A DNA stretch of 64,000 nucleotides, taken from positions 123,444,001 to 123,508,000 of the forward strand of contig NW_024704742.1 in assembly GCF_018977255.1 (NCBI RefSeq). Reading direction: 5' to 3'. Source of the DNA: Callorhinchus milii (Eukaryota). Shown here piece after piece: positions 1 through 11,510 of the stretch; within the stretch, counting starts at the first letter, position 1, and each line of letters begins with the position of its first letter. A program made the position numbers and the translations under genes. The notes beneath the pieces are model-generated. The model did not search any database. It saw only the letters and a list, made by a program, of their open reading frames with translations, and was not told the DNA's origin.

Positions 1-739
1 ATACATGTATTCGGTAAATAACTCCAGGAATTAAATCCTATTTTTCCCAAGGTCCTGCCAAAAAAGATGGGATTCTATCCCTGAAGTTATTTCTCATGTA
101 AGATATGCTTAGAATTAATAAGTTGGTATGTGACAAGTCTGTGCAAGTTATCAAAATGAAACCATTGACTGATCACTTACCACAAATCTAGCGGCACCGA
201 CTGCTTTGAATGGTCTGCTTCAAAAGCATAGTGTATGATCGCATTACACTCCTATGTCAGTTGTTCCTTTAGGTGCTATGAGCTCCTTCATTTGCCACAC
301 ATCATAAACTATCACTTTTGCTTAAACGAATAATCGCAAAATCAATGCTGGTTGCCAGATTTAAGTATTAAGAACTTGCATTTTTATTGGCCTTATCAGA
401 TCCAAATATATCCAAGTGATTATTTTCAGGTCCAGCGACTGCTTTTGTAATGTGAGTAGCCATTTGTGCACATCAATGTCCTACAAACAACCAAAAGGTT
501 AATGACCAATTTGTCAGGGTCGTTGGTCAGAATACTGAAAAAGATGCAAACAGGATGCTGGGCTAGTTTGTTAAATCTGTTGAGTTTAAACCCCCAAGGG
601 TGTACAGTGCTCTGGCAGCTAGAGAACTGCATTCAGTTCTGGTCACCGTGACATTAAGGTGGGGAGCCTAGAGACAGTGCAGAGGACAGCAACAAGGATG
701 ATCCTCAGTGTTTGAGGAATAATAATACTCCTTTTTTAT

Positions 740-985
740 AATAATCCTTATTTGATATAGAGCCTTATCACGTCTTCTAGACGTCTCAAAGCACTTCACA
801 GAATATACTGTAAAGTGAATTGACTGTATATTTTGTGGGCAGCCAATTGCACACAGCAGTGTCCCACAAACAGTCGTGGATTGAAGTGACCAATTTTTTT
901 TTGAAGGAATTATTACTCCCAGAAAAGCGATCCGCCAATCGACTATCGACTAACAATCGTGCTCCTATTTACTGCTAGGTGAACA
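740..985 (-). mobile_element. Young SINE, 3' portion
   Basis: Reverse complement of the 1254 family. Confidence 0.85.
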
Positions 986-1253
986 TGAGATACGACCCCA
1001 AGATGGGATGCACCAAGACAAGAGAACAAGAAGATGTAGGTTTAGAGTTGTAAAGGACAACTCATTATGAACAACAACATCAAATGGGTCGAAGCACCTT
1101 CTTCCTCCAAACCAATCTTGTGATCTTGTGTGAAGTTGTAGGGCAAACCTCTAAGGTCACCATTAAAGTAATAGTATTCATTTAGTCAAATTCAGTATAA
1201 GGGCACTGAGCTTCAATTTAGCCCATAAATTACATCTAAGATGAAATGATAAA

Positions 1254-1615
1254 TGGAGTCCTGTAGCTCAGTGGTTAGACCACTCGCCTCGCAAGCGAAT
1301 CAAATCAGCAAAATGGAGAAATGTTGGGCAAGTTTCCTTATCCACACACCTCTGTTTATCTAGCAGTAAGTAGGAACCTGGTTGTTAGTAGATTGGCGGA
1401 TCACTTTTCCGGGGATAATAATGCCTCAAAAAAAATAAGAAGAATTTGGTCACTCAATCCACAACTGTTTGTGGGACACTGCTGTGCGCAATTAGCTGCC
1501 ATATTTTGCCCACAAATATGCAGTCAATTCACTCTACGATATATTCTGTGAAGTGCTTAGAGACGTCTAGAAGACGTGAAAAGCACTATATCAAATGCAA
1601 GGATTATTATTATTA
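1254..1615 (+). mobile_element. tRNA-derived SINE, young family, near full length
   Basis: Head TGGAGTCCTGTAGCTCAGTGG, central TTGGGCAAGTTTCCTTA..., GGGACACTGCTGTGCGCAATT, L2-like tail and (TTA)n. Confidence 0.9.
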
Positions 1616-1921
1616 TAAATTGCTCTATAATTTAGAAAAGGACCATATCTCAATACTGTAATCTAAGTAAAATGTTTTTTGGGCATAACATTGCCTCAGG
1701 AAATTGACTGGATGGAACAGAATACAAGTTACGGGAAAATTTACGTGAGTCTGAAAGGAAAAAGACATTTTGGGCCAAATGACCTTTCTTCATTTTGTGC
1801 TTTCTTACATTCTTAATATTATTTCCTTCCTGATATGCAATTCCATTGTATGAGTTACTTGAATGTCAATAAAATCATGTCAATATCAACAATACTTTCC
1901 TTCCGTCCTTCTTTCTGTCCT

Positions 1922-2292
1922 TCAGATGAGATGTTAAACCAAGGTGTGCCTGTTCAAGTGGAATGTTGAAATATCCTATAGTACAATTCGAAAAGAGAAC
2001 ACAGTTTCTCCCGGTGTCCTGACAACAATTCTCTAAATAAAATTGGAACCCTGTTGCTAGTCGATTGGCGGATCACTTTTGCGGGGAAAATAATCCCTTA
2101 AAAAAAATGAATATAAAGAAATGTGGTCATTCAATATACGACTGCTTGTGGGACATTGCTGTGCGCAATTGGCTGCTGTGTTTCGCCCACAAAATATGGT
2201 TACTTCACTTTACAGTACATCCTGTGAAGTGTTTTGAGACATCTCAAAGACGTGATAAGGCACTATTTCAAATGCAATGATTATTATTATTA
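1922..2292 (+). mobile_element. Deu-core SINE fragment joined to young SINE 3' portion
   Basis: GATGAGATGTTAAACCAAGG...GGTGTCCTGACAAC followed by the young family body. Confidence 0.75.
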
Positions 2293-2440
2293 CTGTCTGT
2301 CAACTCATAATGTTGGGGGGAAAGAAATGAACTGCATGGATCAAGGAGCCCAAATTTCAATTACCCATTTTTCAGTTGGTCATAATACAGTTCTGGCATT
2401 TACACTTAATGTTGTCTCCCATTATTTCTATTTATTCTAA

Positions 2441-4010
2441 CATACTTTCCTGATATTGGACAACTGACTCACATTTCTAGAAATAGTGACAAAGAATGAA
2501 TGCATATCAAAGGAAACATAGAATATTAACTTTCCTGAGTCTAAAGAACACAAAGTTCTCAGCTTCTCTATGTAAAATCGTGATTATTTCTGCTTCTGGT
2601 CTGCCGAGTGTTAACATCCTGTGAAGTAATAGAACATGACAGTTCTTCTTCAGCAAGGCATTTTCAGGTGCTATAAAATATTTCTTCACAATCCCTATTT
2701 CTTTACGGGCAATATAAAAATACTGAACAATTTCATTCTTTAAACATTTTATGAAAAACAATTCTCATTACAACTTATTCATATTCCCTTCTGTCAACTC
2801 TGCTACACTACCTTATAGTTGTTCACCAAATTGGTCACTCATTCACTGTTTGCTGACACTGAAATAAACCCTGAAGCTATAAATTGATGGTGTACTTGCC
2901 ACTATTGTGGTACTAATATACATGGTAAAAACAATAATAATGATCCTTGCATTTGATATAGCGCCTTTTCCATCAGGAGGATGCCTCAAAGTGGTTCACA
3001 GGTTTTATTGTAAAACGTAGTGACTGCATATTTTGTAGATTAACCTCGAGAGCCAATATGCACACAGCAATGTCACACAAATAGCCATGAAATGAATGAA
3101 CAATTTTATCCAAAACCACAGGAGAAATTCCTTGCTCTTTTCGAATAATGCCATTGGATCTTTAATCAACTTGGGACATCCTCCTGATGTGAAAGGTGTT
3201 AAATAAATATAAATCTATATTGTATTGCAATGTTAATCTCCAACAACGTTGCACTCCCCCAGCACTGCACTCAAAGACTTTCACATGAAGGTGTACCGTA
3301 AAGTGGAGCAACTGTGTGTTTTGTGGGAAAGGACAAATCAGCAACAATATACTGCATAACTTGATACAACACAGCACCACTATCAAGCATGCAATATTGT
3401 ATAACCTCCTTATTGTAGTGATCAACTTTTATTTGATTTAAATATTGCTACATTAACACTGGAATCCGGCACTGAAAAATGCACTTGAGCCTTTAATTGT
3501 GAGCTCAATTGGCTCCGAAATCACAAGTAAATAGGGAAATAATCCAGTTGTCAGAAATGTGCCACATGTTTACAAGCAAAAAACCACACTGATGTCAGTG
3601 TTAAACATGTGTTAGTTTCAGTTAATTTAGTCAAGAGTTTAGGGCTCCAGAAAAACTAATAGCAAGCCCAGAGAGTTGACAGAAGGGAATATGAATAAGT
3701 TGTAATGAGAATTGTTTTTCATAAAATGTTTAAAGAATGAAATTTTTCAGTATTTTTATATTGCCCGTAAAGAAATAGGGATTGTGAAGAAATATCTTAT
3801 AGCACCTGAAAATGCCTTGCTGAAGGTCATGTTCTATTACTTCACAGGATGTTAACACTCGGCAGACCAGAAGCAGAAATAATCACGATTTTACATAGAG
3901 AAGCTGAGAACTTTGTGTTCTTTAGACTCAGGAAAGTTAATATTCTATGTTTCATTCTTTGTCACTGTTTCTAGAAATGTGAGTCAATTGTCCAATATCA
4001 GGAAAGTATG
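2441..4010. repeat. Long inverted repeat: arms 2441-2801 and 3672-4010, 870-bp spacer
   Basis: Arms are reverse complements with about 4 substitutions and two indels (15 and 7 nt). Confidence 0.97.
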
Positions 4011-4149
4011 CAGTGTTGAGCAACTGACTCATTTCCCAGAAATGGTGAATAAAGATAATTAAACACCCAGACATTTCCTCTATTTATGTTTCTCTGGAAT
4101 TAAAGCAACACTAATGGTCCATGCACACACAATGTAAACTACATCTAGA

Positions 4150-4670
4150 TGTAGGCTTTTAGCCACTCTACCCTCACCCTCTGGAACTCCATCCCACAGT
4201 CCCTCCACCTCACCCCCTACCTTGCCTGATTCAAGACCCATTCCAAGACCCTCCTCTTTGACCGGGCCTTCGATCACCCTCCTTTCCCACCTTGCCCTCC
4301 ACCCTCCCCGATCCCAACCGCCAGCTCGGGTCCGAAACACTGATTGTCCAGCGCCTTGGGACGTCCTCCTGACGTGAAAGGTGCTATACAAATGTAATCT
4401 TGTTGTTGTTGTTGGTTGTTAAAGATTCCATGGCACTTCAAAAAGAGAAGGGAGCTTCTCCTGCTGTCCTGGCCAACAATCCCCCAAATAAAAATAAAGT
4501 GGTAATTTATTTCTTGACTGTTTGTGGGACATTGCTGTGCAATTGTGCTGCCATCTTTGCCTACGAATACACAGTCCTCCATTTCACAGTAAATCCTGTG
4601 AAGTGCTTTGAGACGTCCTCCTGACCTTGATAAGGCACTATACCAAATGCAAGGGTTATTATTATTATAA
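4150..4670 (+). mobile_element. L2 LINE 3' end (to ~4415) followed by Deu-SINE 3' half
   Basis: CAGCGCCTTGGGACGTCCTCCTGACGTGAAAGG...(TTG)n, then AAAGATTCCATGGCAC...TGTCCTGGCCAAC. Confidence 0.8.
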
Positions 4671-5259
4671 AATGAGTCAAATCTCTCAAGGGAACAAGGC
4701 CAAAATTGGAAGAAAAAAATTTGGAGAAAAAAAATTAAATGGGCTTTTTCTCAGGTTCACCCACCAGCTCTTTCAATCAATACAAACACCAATGGCTAAC
4801 CAGACCAATAAATAACACTGTGCATGCACTGAAACATAGTTGAGAGACTCCTAATATGTAATCCCTGCCAGTGAAAGCAGCAAATAGAACTGTACATCTG
4901 TGATTCAAATCGCTCCACAACTTCAACAATTTGCATTTTATATACGGTAACGTCTCGGAAGTGCTTTAAGAGATGAAATCCCAATGAAGGTAGAAGTGGG
5001 AGGTGGGTTGCTGACTAAAGGCAATACTGATACTAGTGTCTGTACTACATCAACACTATCTAATGCACTGACACAAGCAAAGTGTCAGTGCATTAGACAC
5101 AGATTTGTTTTATAGTAAGGACCAGTCTCAGACATTAGATGCTAATGGATAGGGCACTGGACGAGTAAAAGAAAGACTATCAGTACCTGGTAAGGTAAGC
5201 AGTTTTAGCTGGTTACATTCCAATCCGAACATGCATTTGGGGTCACTAATGCCTTGTCT

Positions 5260-5670
5260 TAATAATCTTTACATTTGATATTGCATCTTTCACATTAGGA
5301 GAATATGTCAAAATGCTTCACAAGATTCACTGTAAAGTGTATTTTGTGGTTGAAATGTGGCATCTAATTTTCACACAGCAGTGCCCCACAAACAGCCAAG
5401 AAGTGAATGACCAACTTTTAATTGGGGGCATGTTGGCCAGGACACTGGGAGAAACTCCCTTCTCTTTTCAAATATTGCCACCTGAACAAGCAAATTGTAC
5501 ATTGGATTAGCATCTCATCCAAAGGAAAGCACCACGAACAATGCAGCACACCCCAGCAATGCATTAGAGAGTCAACATGGACTATAGGAGTTCCAAGTCC
5601 TGACATAAGGCTTGAACTCACAACCTGATAACTCAGGGTCGAGAGTACTACCTCATGAACCAGCCTGACC
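5260..5670 (-). mobile_element. Older Deu-type (SacSINE1/AmnSINE1-like) tRNA SINE, degenerate
   Basis: tRNA-like head near 5670, Deu core, L2-like tail. Confidence 0.75.
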
Positions 5671-6473
5671 CTTCTGCGAATCTGCTTTATGTTCTGTGGG
5701 CGTAGGCAAGTGGAGTAATGTCACTTTTTGGGGGAACAAATTGCAAACACCAGAGCTAAAATCTGAAGCTTGGTTTCTCTGATTTCTGATTGGGGATTCT
5801 TTCACACAGCAAGGAAGTTCCACACAAGCCAGATGATCAAAAGGAAAATTCCAGAAATCACAGTTCAAACACATCTTATAAACCCACAAAGACGTTGACT
5901 CCATCTCAGGGCGAAAATGGAAAACTGATGTAGTGTCTCAATACAGACTCCAAGACACATTGGAATAATGTATATTCTGCAGAAAAAAATTACCTGCATT
6001 CCCTACTGAATAAGATCCTAGAATGGCAAAATACTTTAAGGAAACATTTAGAAAGAAACCAAACTAATTCTAGCCTGAACACGTTAGAACACATTCCCTT
6101 GTTGCAGTTCTAATTATTTACACACATTGGCTCATGCACATTGACTGAGCTGGTTCTTAAGTGATATGCTTGGCAACAGAATGTCAAAATCAAGTTGATT
6201 CTCTTTGGGTTTCTTGATAGTCCAATTTCTGAGCCAGGCCGGTCAGCAGTATTCCAAGGTACTGCTGACGACAAACCAGCCAGCCTGGCTTATCAGCCAG
6301 GACCAAGAGGATAGACTGGTCAAATGAGTTAACTTCTCACTCAGATCTTTTGAAAGTTTCAACCTCGAGTTATTCAATGAGCAGGCTGGACTTAGAATAT
6401 CATATATGTGTGTGTATGTGTGGGCATAACTCTGGGGACTTTAATAGTTATAAAGATCTTGCATTTGATACAG

Positions 6474-6822
6474 TGGAATCCTGTAGCTCAGTGGTTAGAG
6501 CACTCGCCTCGCAAGCGAGAGACTTGGGTTCCATTCCCGGCAGGGCGAAGGGTTGGGCAAGTTTCCTTACTCCACTTGCCTCTGTTTACCTAGCCACAAA
6601 TAAGACCCAGTTGTTAGTCGATTGGCGGATTACTTTTCCAGCGGTAATAAATCTTTCAAAACAAAACAATAATCAATTGGTCACTTCAACCGATAACTGT
6701 TTGTGGGACACTGCTGTGCACAATTACCTGCCGCATTTCACACATAAATATAGTCAATTCACCTTACAGTATATTCTGTGATAAGGCGCTATATCAAATG
6801 CAAGGATTATTATTATTATTAT
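6474..6822 (+). mobile_element. Young tRNA SINE with intact A box (TAGCTCAGTGG) and B-box-like GGTTCCATTCC
   Basis: Family match; internal deletion in the tail. Confidence 0.92.
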
Positions 6823-7659
6823 AATGCTTTTAATGTCAAACTATTTCAAAGTCCTTTACAGAAATTACTGTTAAGTGTAGTGATTGTGTACGGGTAGGGA
6901 AATATTGCAGTCAATTTGTGCTCAGCAACATCAAACAAATAGCCATGAAGAGAAGGATTGCGTTATCTGAAGGATTATTGGCCAGGGACACCAAGGACAA
7001 CAGTTCATTGGAGAAAGTTCACACAAGAGCAACAAGAATAAAGCAGTAGTTCCCAGAGTTGTATGTACATTCGTTGGGTAACTTGAGAGAAGAACTTGAG
7101 GTGGATCTTTAAAATGATGAGAGGCAAGTAAAATGTAAACAGTAGGAAGTCAATTAACTTAGTCTAGAAGATATAATTAAATCAAATTGAATGAGGTTAA
7201 AGTTTTTTTTAGAATTTTATCACTGCCTACACAGTAGTAGTTGCATAAGACTGTCCTCCCACAAGAAGCAGCAATGCAATGTTAAAAATGAGTTGGATAA
7301 ACATCCGTTTAAGAATAAATGAAAGCTATAATTTATGGACAAAGACAGAGACAGATGATCAAATTCTCTGTGCAGCACAAAGCATTGCTCTGCTAAAATC
7401 ATAAATGCAATCAGCCAGTCAAATAAGGAATACTGTCATTTTAGACTGATAACATGGAATCACTTTCTGCAAGTTTTGCAGTGAGACGCTTTGAGATGTG
7501 AGAGGCACTACATAATGTAAATTCTATTGTATTGACATTTTAGTTACCTCTCATCATTTTAAAGACCCACCTCAAGTTCTTCTTTCAAGTTACTTTTTCC
7601 AACAAAAGTACATTCAACTCTGGGAACCACTCACAAACTACATCCTCTCTATCTGTAAC

Positions 7660-8822
7660 CAGGGCTCCATTTGCCTTTCAGTCCTCCTGGATCTCTCTGC
7701 CGAGTTCAACACAGTTGACTACGCAATCCTCCTCAACCGCCTCCCCTCCCTCATCCACCTTAGTGAGACCACATGAACATGGTTCGAGTCCTTCTTAACC
7801 AACCACCTCCATTTCATCTCAGCAAAGAGTTTCCCCTCTCGCCCCCACCTGGTCACCTGCGGGTACCCCACGGCTCCATCCTTGGCCCTCTGCTTTTCCT
7901 TATCTATATGCTCTCTCTGGGCAATGTCATACGCAGACATGGGGTAAACTTCAACATGTTTGCGGATGACACACAAATTTACTTTGCCTCCTCCAGTACC
8001 AACTCCAGGTCCTCCGTTGTTCTATCAGCTTGTCTGGCAGACATCAGGGCCTGGATGAGTGTAAACTTGGTTCCCATCAGCGTCTTCACTCCTGCGGATC
8101 TGAACTCATCAACCTCCCCGGACTCTCCCTCACACTCACCGAACCAGTGGACAATCTAGGCATCCAGTTTGACCCCCAGCTGTCCTTCCTCCCCCACATC
8201 TGTTCCCTGACTAGGACTGTCTTCCTCCACCTCTGCCACATTGCTCGCCTCCAACCGTACCTTATCCTAAATGCAGCCAAAACCCTTGTGCATGTATTTG
8301 TCACCTCCCACTTGGATTACTCAAATGCACTCCTCGCTGGTCTCCCCAGTTCTACTATTCAAAAGATCCAGCTCATTCAGAACTCTGCCGCCTGCATATT
8401 GACCCAGACTAAACTCCATACCCACATCTCACCATGTCTGGCCAGGTTCCACTGGCTCCCCATCACTGAATGGATCAACTTCAAGCTCCTCACACTTGTA
8501 TTCAAATCCCTTCACTCTCTGGCACTTCCCCAGCCCTCCAACCACCTCAATCCCCAATCCACCACCTGGTGCCTCTGCTCGACTGGCACTGGCCTCCTGC
8601 TCGTCCCTCACACCCTCCGCTCCACCATTGGAGGTCGTGCTTTCAACCACTATGCCCCAACACTCACTTAATTCCCTTTTTAAGTCACGCCTGAAAACCT
8701 TCCTCTTCGACCGTGCTTACAGTCACCTCCCCTCCTGGCTCAGAGTCAGACTCAGCCACTGTTAAGCGCTCTGAGTTACTACCGTGCAAGGAGGGAACTA
8801 CATAAGTGCAAGTTGTTGTTGT
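7660..8822 (+). mobile_element. L2-clade LINE, 5'-truncated, frameshifted RT/C-terminal region
   Basis: GSILGPLLFLIY, NMFADDTQIY, SHLDYSNALL, HWLPI; (TTG)n tail. Confidence 0.92.
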
Positions 8823-9109
8823 TTATTGTACATTTATACCTTTATATAATTTATATTCTGCCTTTCGCATCAAGAGGATGTCTCAAAGCATTTGACAATG
8901 CTGGCTGGACACCCGAGCTGGGGAGGGGAGACAGGGAGGGGGGTGAGAGGGTTAGACCTATTGGGTAGAGTTCATATATGGACCCATTTGGGCAACTGGG
9001 ACCCAACTGAGCAAATAGGGTGTCTAATCTACTTTGTTATTTGACCAAAAATTTAACAATTTGGAAACAATGAGCACAATTTACATGACACTACACTACC
9101 AGTGGATAC

Positions 9110-9250
9110 ATTTTTGTTAGGTAAGGGTATCAAGGAATATGGGGCAAAGGCGGGTAATTGAAGTTGAGGTACAAATCAACCAAGATCTAATAGACTGGCA
9201 ATACAGGCTCAAGGGGCTGACTGGCCTAGTCCTGTTCCTATATTCCTATG
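9110..9250 (+). mobile_element. CR1 LINE 3' end
   Basis: GGTATCAAGGAATATGGG...GGGGCTGACTGGCCTAGTCCTGTTCC. Confidence 0.75.
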
Positions 9251-10032
9251 TACCTTGATGTGAATACTCCATCAATATATTGCATAAATATTGTATTTCT
9301 GAAAAAAACAAATAAATCAATGTTTCCCAGGGAAATTCCTACATTATGATTAAATAAACCTTGGCACATAAGCCTACACAATCTACCCATGGTCACAAAT
9401 ACTTATCCAATGCTTGTTCTATTTTACTTTGTTTCAGTTTTATTTTCTATTGTACTTTTGTAATCAGTGTTAACAGGAAAGCTGAAACAGAAGGAAATCT
9501 CAGGCAATTTATGACAATGGTATTAAAGACTAGCTTGGCCTTTGGTTCAATTCCCATTAGTTTTATCCTGGTTCATGGTCATGATTTGGAGTCTATTCAA
9601 AATGTATCTATTGTTCTGACAGGAAGAAAGAAGCTTTCAGAATCACAGAGTCCGAACATAGCTGTTTTATATCAGTCCAATGTTGAAAATTACCATGTAG
9701 TTTAAGCCCCGGCTCAAAGTTTATTTCAAAACATCAGATTTTATGTAAAAGGACAGAGGAGAGTCCTTTGTCACATACTGCACAGATTCCCATTAAATTC
9801 CCTTCTGAATTAAAGTAAAAGCCAAAAATGGGAATTTTCCATTCATAATTAAAATAAATCTGTTCCTTGACTAGTAGTATATTTTTCAAAAAAACTAAAT
9901 GCCTCATTGATTTACTGCTCAGAAAAAACAATTTCTTCCTCCCACTCTTAAAGCTGCAGTTCCTCCACTGGAAGTAGTTCACTGAAGAACAACAAGAATG
10001 AATCTGGGATTCACAGAAATCAATGATGAGTG

Positions 10033-10490
10033 CAACAACAAAATTACACTTGTGTACCGCCTTTCACGTCTGGAGGACGTCCCAAGCAGCTGGACAATCA
10101 ATGTTTCGGACTCGAGCTGGGGGTTGGGACCGTGGAGGTTGAGGGCGGTGCGGGGGTGGGGGTGAAGGAGGGTGATTGAAAGCACGGTCAAAGAGGAAGG
10201 TCTTGAGACTCTCCTTGAAGGAAGCAAGGGAGGGGGCGAGGTGGAGAGACTGTGGGATGGAGTTCCAGAGAGTGAGGGCAGAGTGGCAGAAGGCCCGCCC
10301 GCCAATGGTGGGGCGGGTGAGGCGGGGACGGGAAGCAGGCCGGAGGGAGGTTGGTAGGGGGTTAGGAGGTCACAGAGGTAGGGGGAGCAAGGCCATGGAG
10401 GGCTTTGAAGGTGTGTACCAGGATTTTGAACTGTATCCTCTGTGTAATGGGAAGCCAGTGGAATCGGGCGAGGATGGGGGTGATAGGTTC
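10033..10490 (-). mobile_element. L2 LINE 3' fragment
   Basis: L2 tail and HWLP-region homology. Confidence 0.85.
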
Positions 10491-11287
10491 ACAGTCAAAG
10501 AGGAGTGATCACTACCAAGATTTTTGAGATATTGTTTGGTGTGAAAAGTGCAAGTTGTTGACCAAGCGATCACAAGTAGGTTTATTTTCCTTTTAGTTGT
10601 CAATGGACAAGCTGCTCAGGACCAGAACATTTGTTCACTCCCCATTCGGGTCACAGTGTTAAAAAAAATTTTAAAAATCATTAATTGCAGTGACTGCAGA
10701 ACTGGGCTTCAAACCCCACATGACACAATACAAATTTTACATGTTAAATGATGTTCATCACAAAGCCCAGTTTTTCCACACCCTCAGAATTTTGCTCTCT
10801 TACCTCCCTCTTTCACCTCCATTGCGGTTGAAATCTTCACTCATGCCTTCATCAGCTCAAGGATACATTCTCCTCATCACTCCAACATCTATAAGGTCTA
10901 CCTGATCAACATTCTGCAGCTTGAGTTCTTTCCTGCACTAAACTCTACACTTTACCGTTAGCCACACCAAGTTCCACTGACTTCCAGTACTTCAGCACAC
11001 AATAACAACTTGCATTTATATAGTGCCTCTCACACAGCCTAGCGTCCCAGAGCACTTGAATCCCTCCCAACCATCAATCCATCTACCCCTCCCTACCTAC
11101 CTCTGCAATCTTTTCTAGCCCTTTTCTCCTGCCTTGACCCTCTGCTCTTCCAATTCTATTCTATTACATGCTCCTCTTGTTTTGCTTTCCAGCCACCAGC
11201 CACCTTACAATTCACCTCCTCTAGAATTCTTTTCAGTCTCTCTCTCCTTCAAAGCCTTCTTAAAATATTTATCTTCAGCCCCGCCTT

Positions 11288-11510
11288 TCATAGAATCACA
11301 GAATTATACAGCACAGAAAGAGGCCATTCGGCCCATTGTGTCTGTGCGGCTCTTTGAAAGAGCTATCCAAATCAATCCTACTCCACAGTTCTCTCCCTAT
11401 AGCCCTGCAAACTTGTCCTCCCCAAATGTCTTATTTACTTCTCTCTTGAAAGTTGTTATCGAATTGGCTTCCACCACCCTTTCAGGCAATGCATTCCAGA
11501 TCCAAACAAC
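11288..11510 (-). mobile_element. CR1 LINE 3' end
   Basis: CATAGAATCACAGAATTATACAGCACAGAAAGAGGCCATTCGGCCC. Confidence 0.8.

Noticed and set aside
181..330. Minus-strand exon ending at a gtaagt donor (180)
   Set aside because: All frames from the plausible acceptor hit stops; no cytokine-receptor motifs
6474..6548. tRNA-Ala gene
   Set aside because: Continues into a SINE body in every copy, with no Pol III terminator after the acceptor stem
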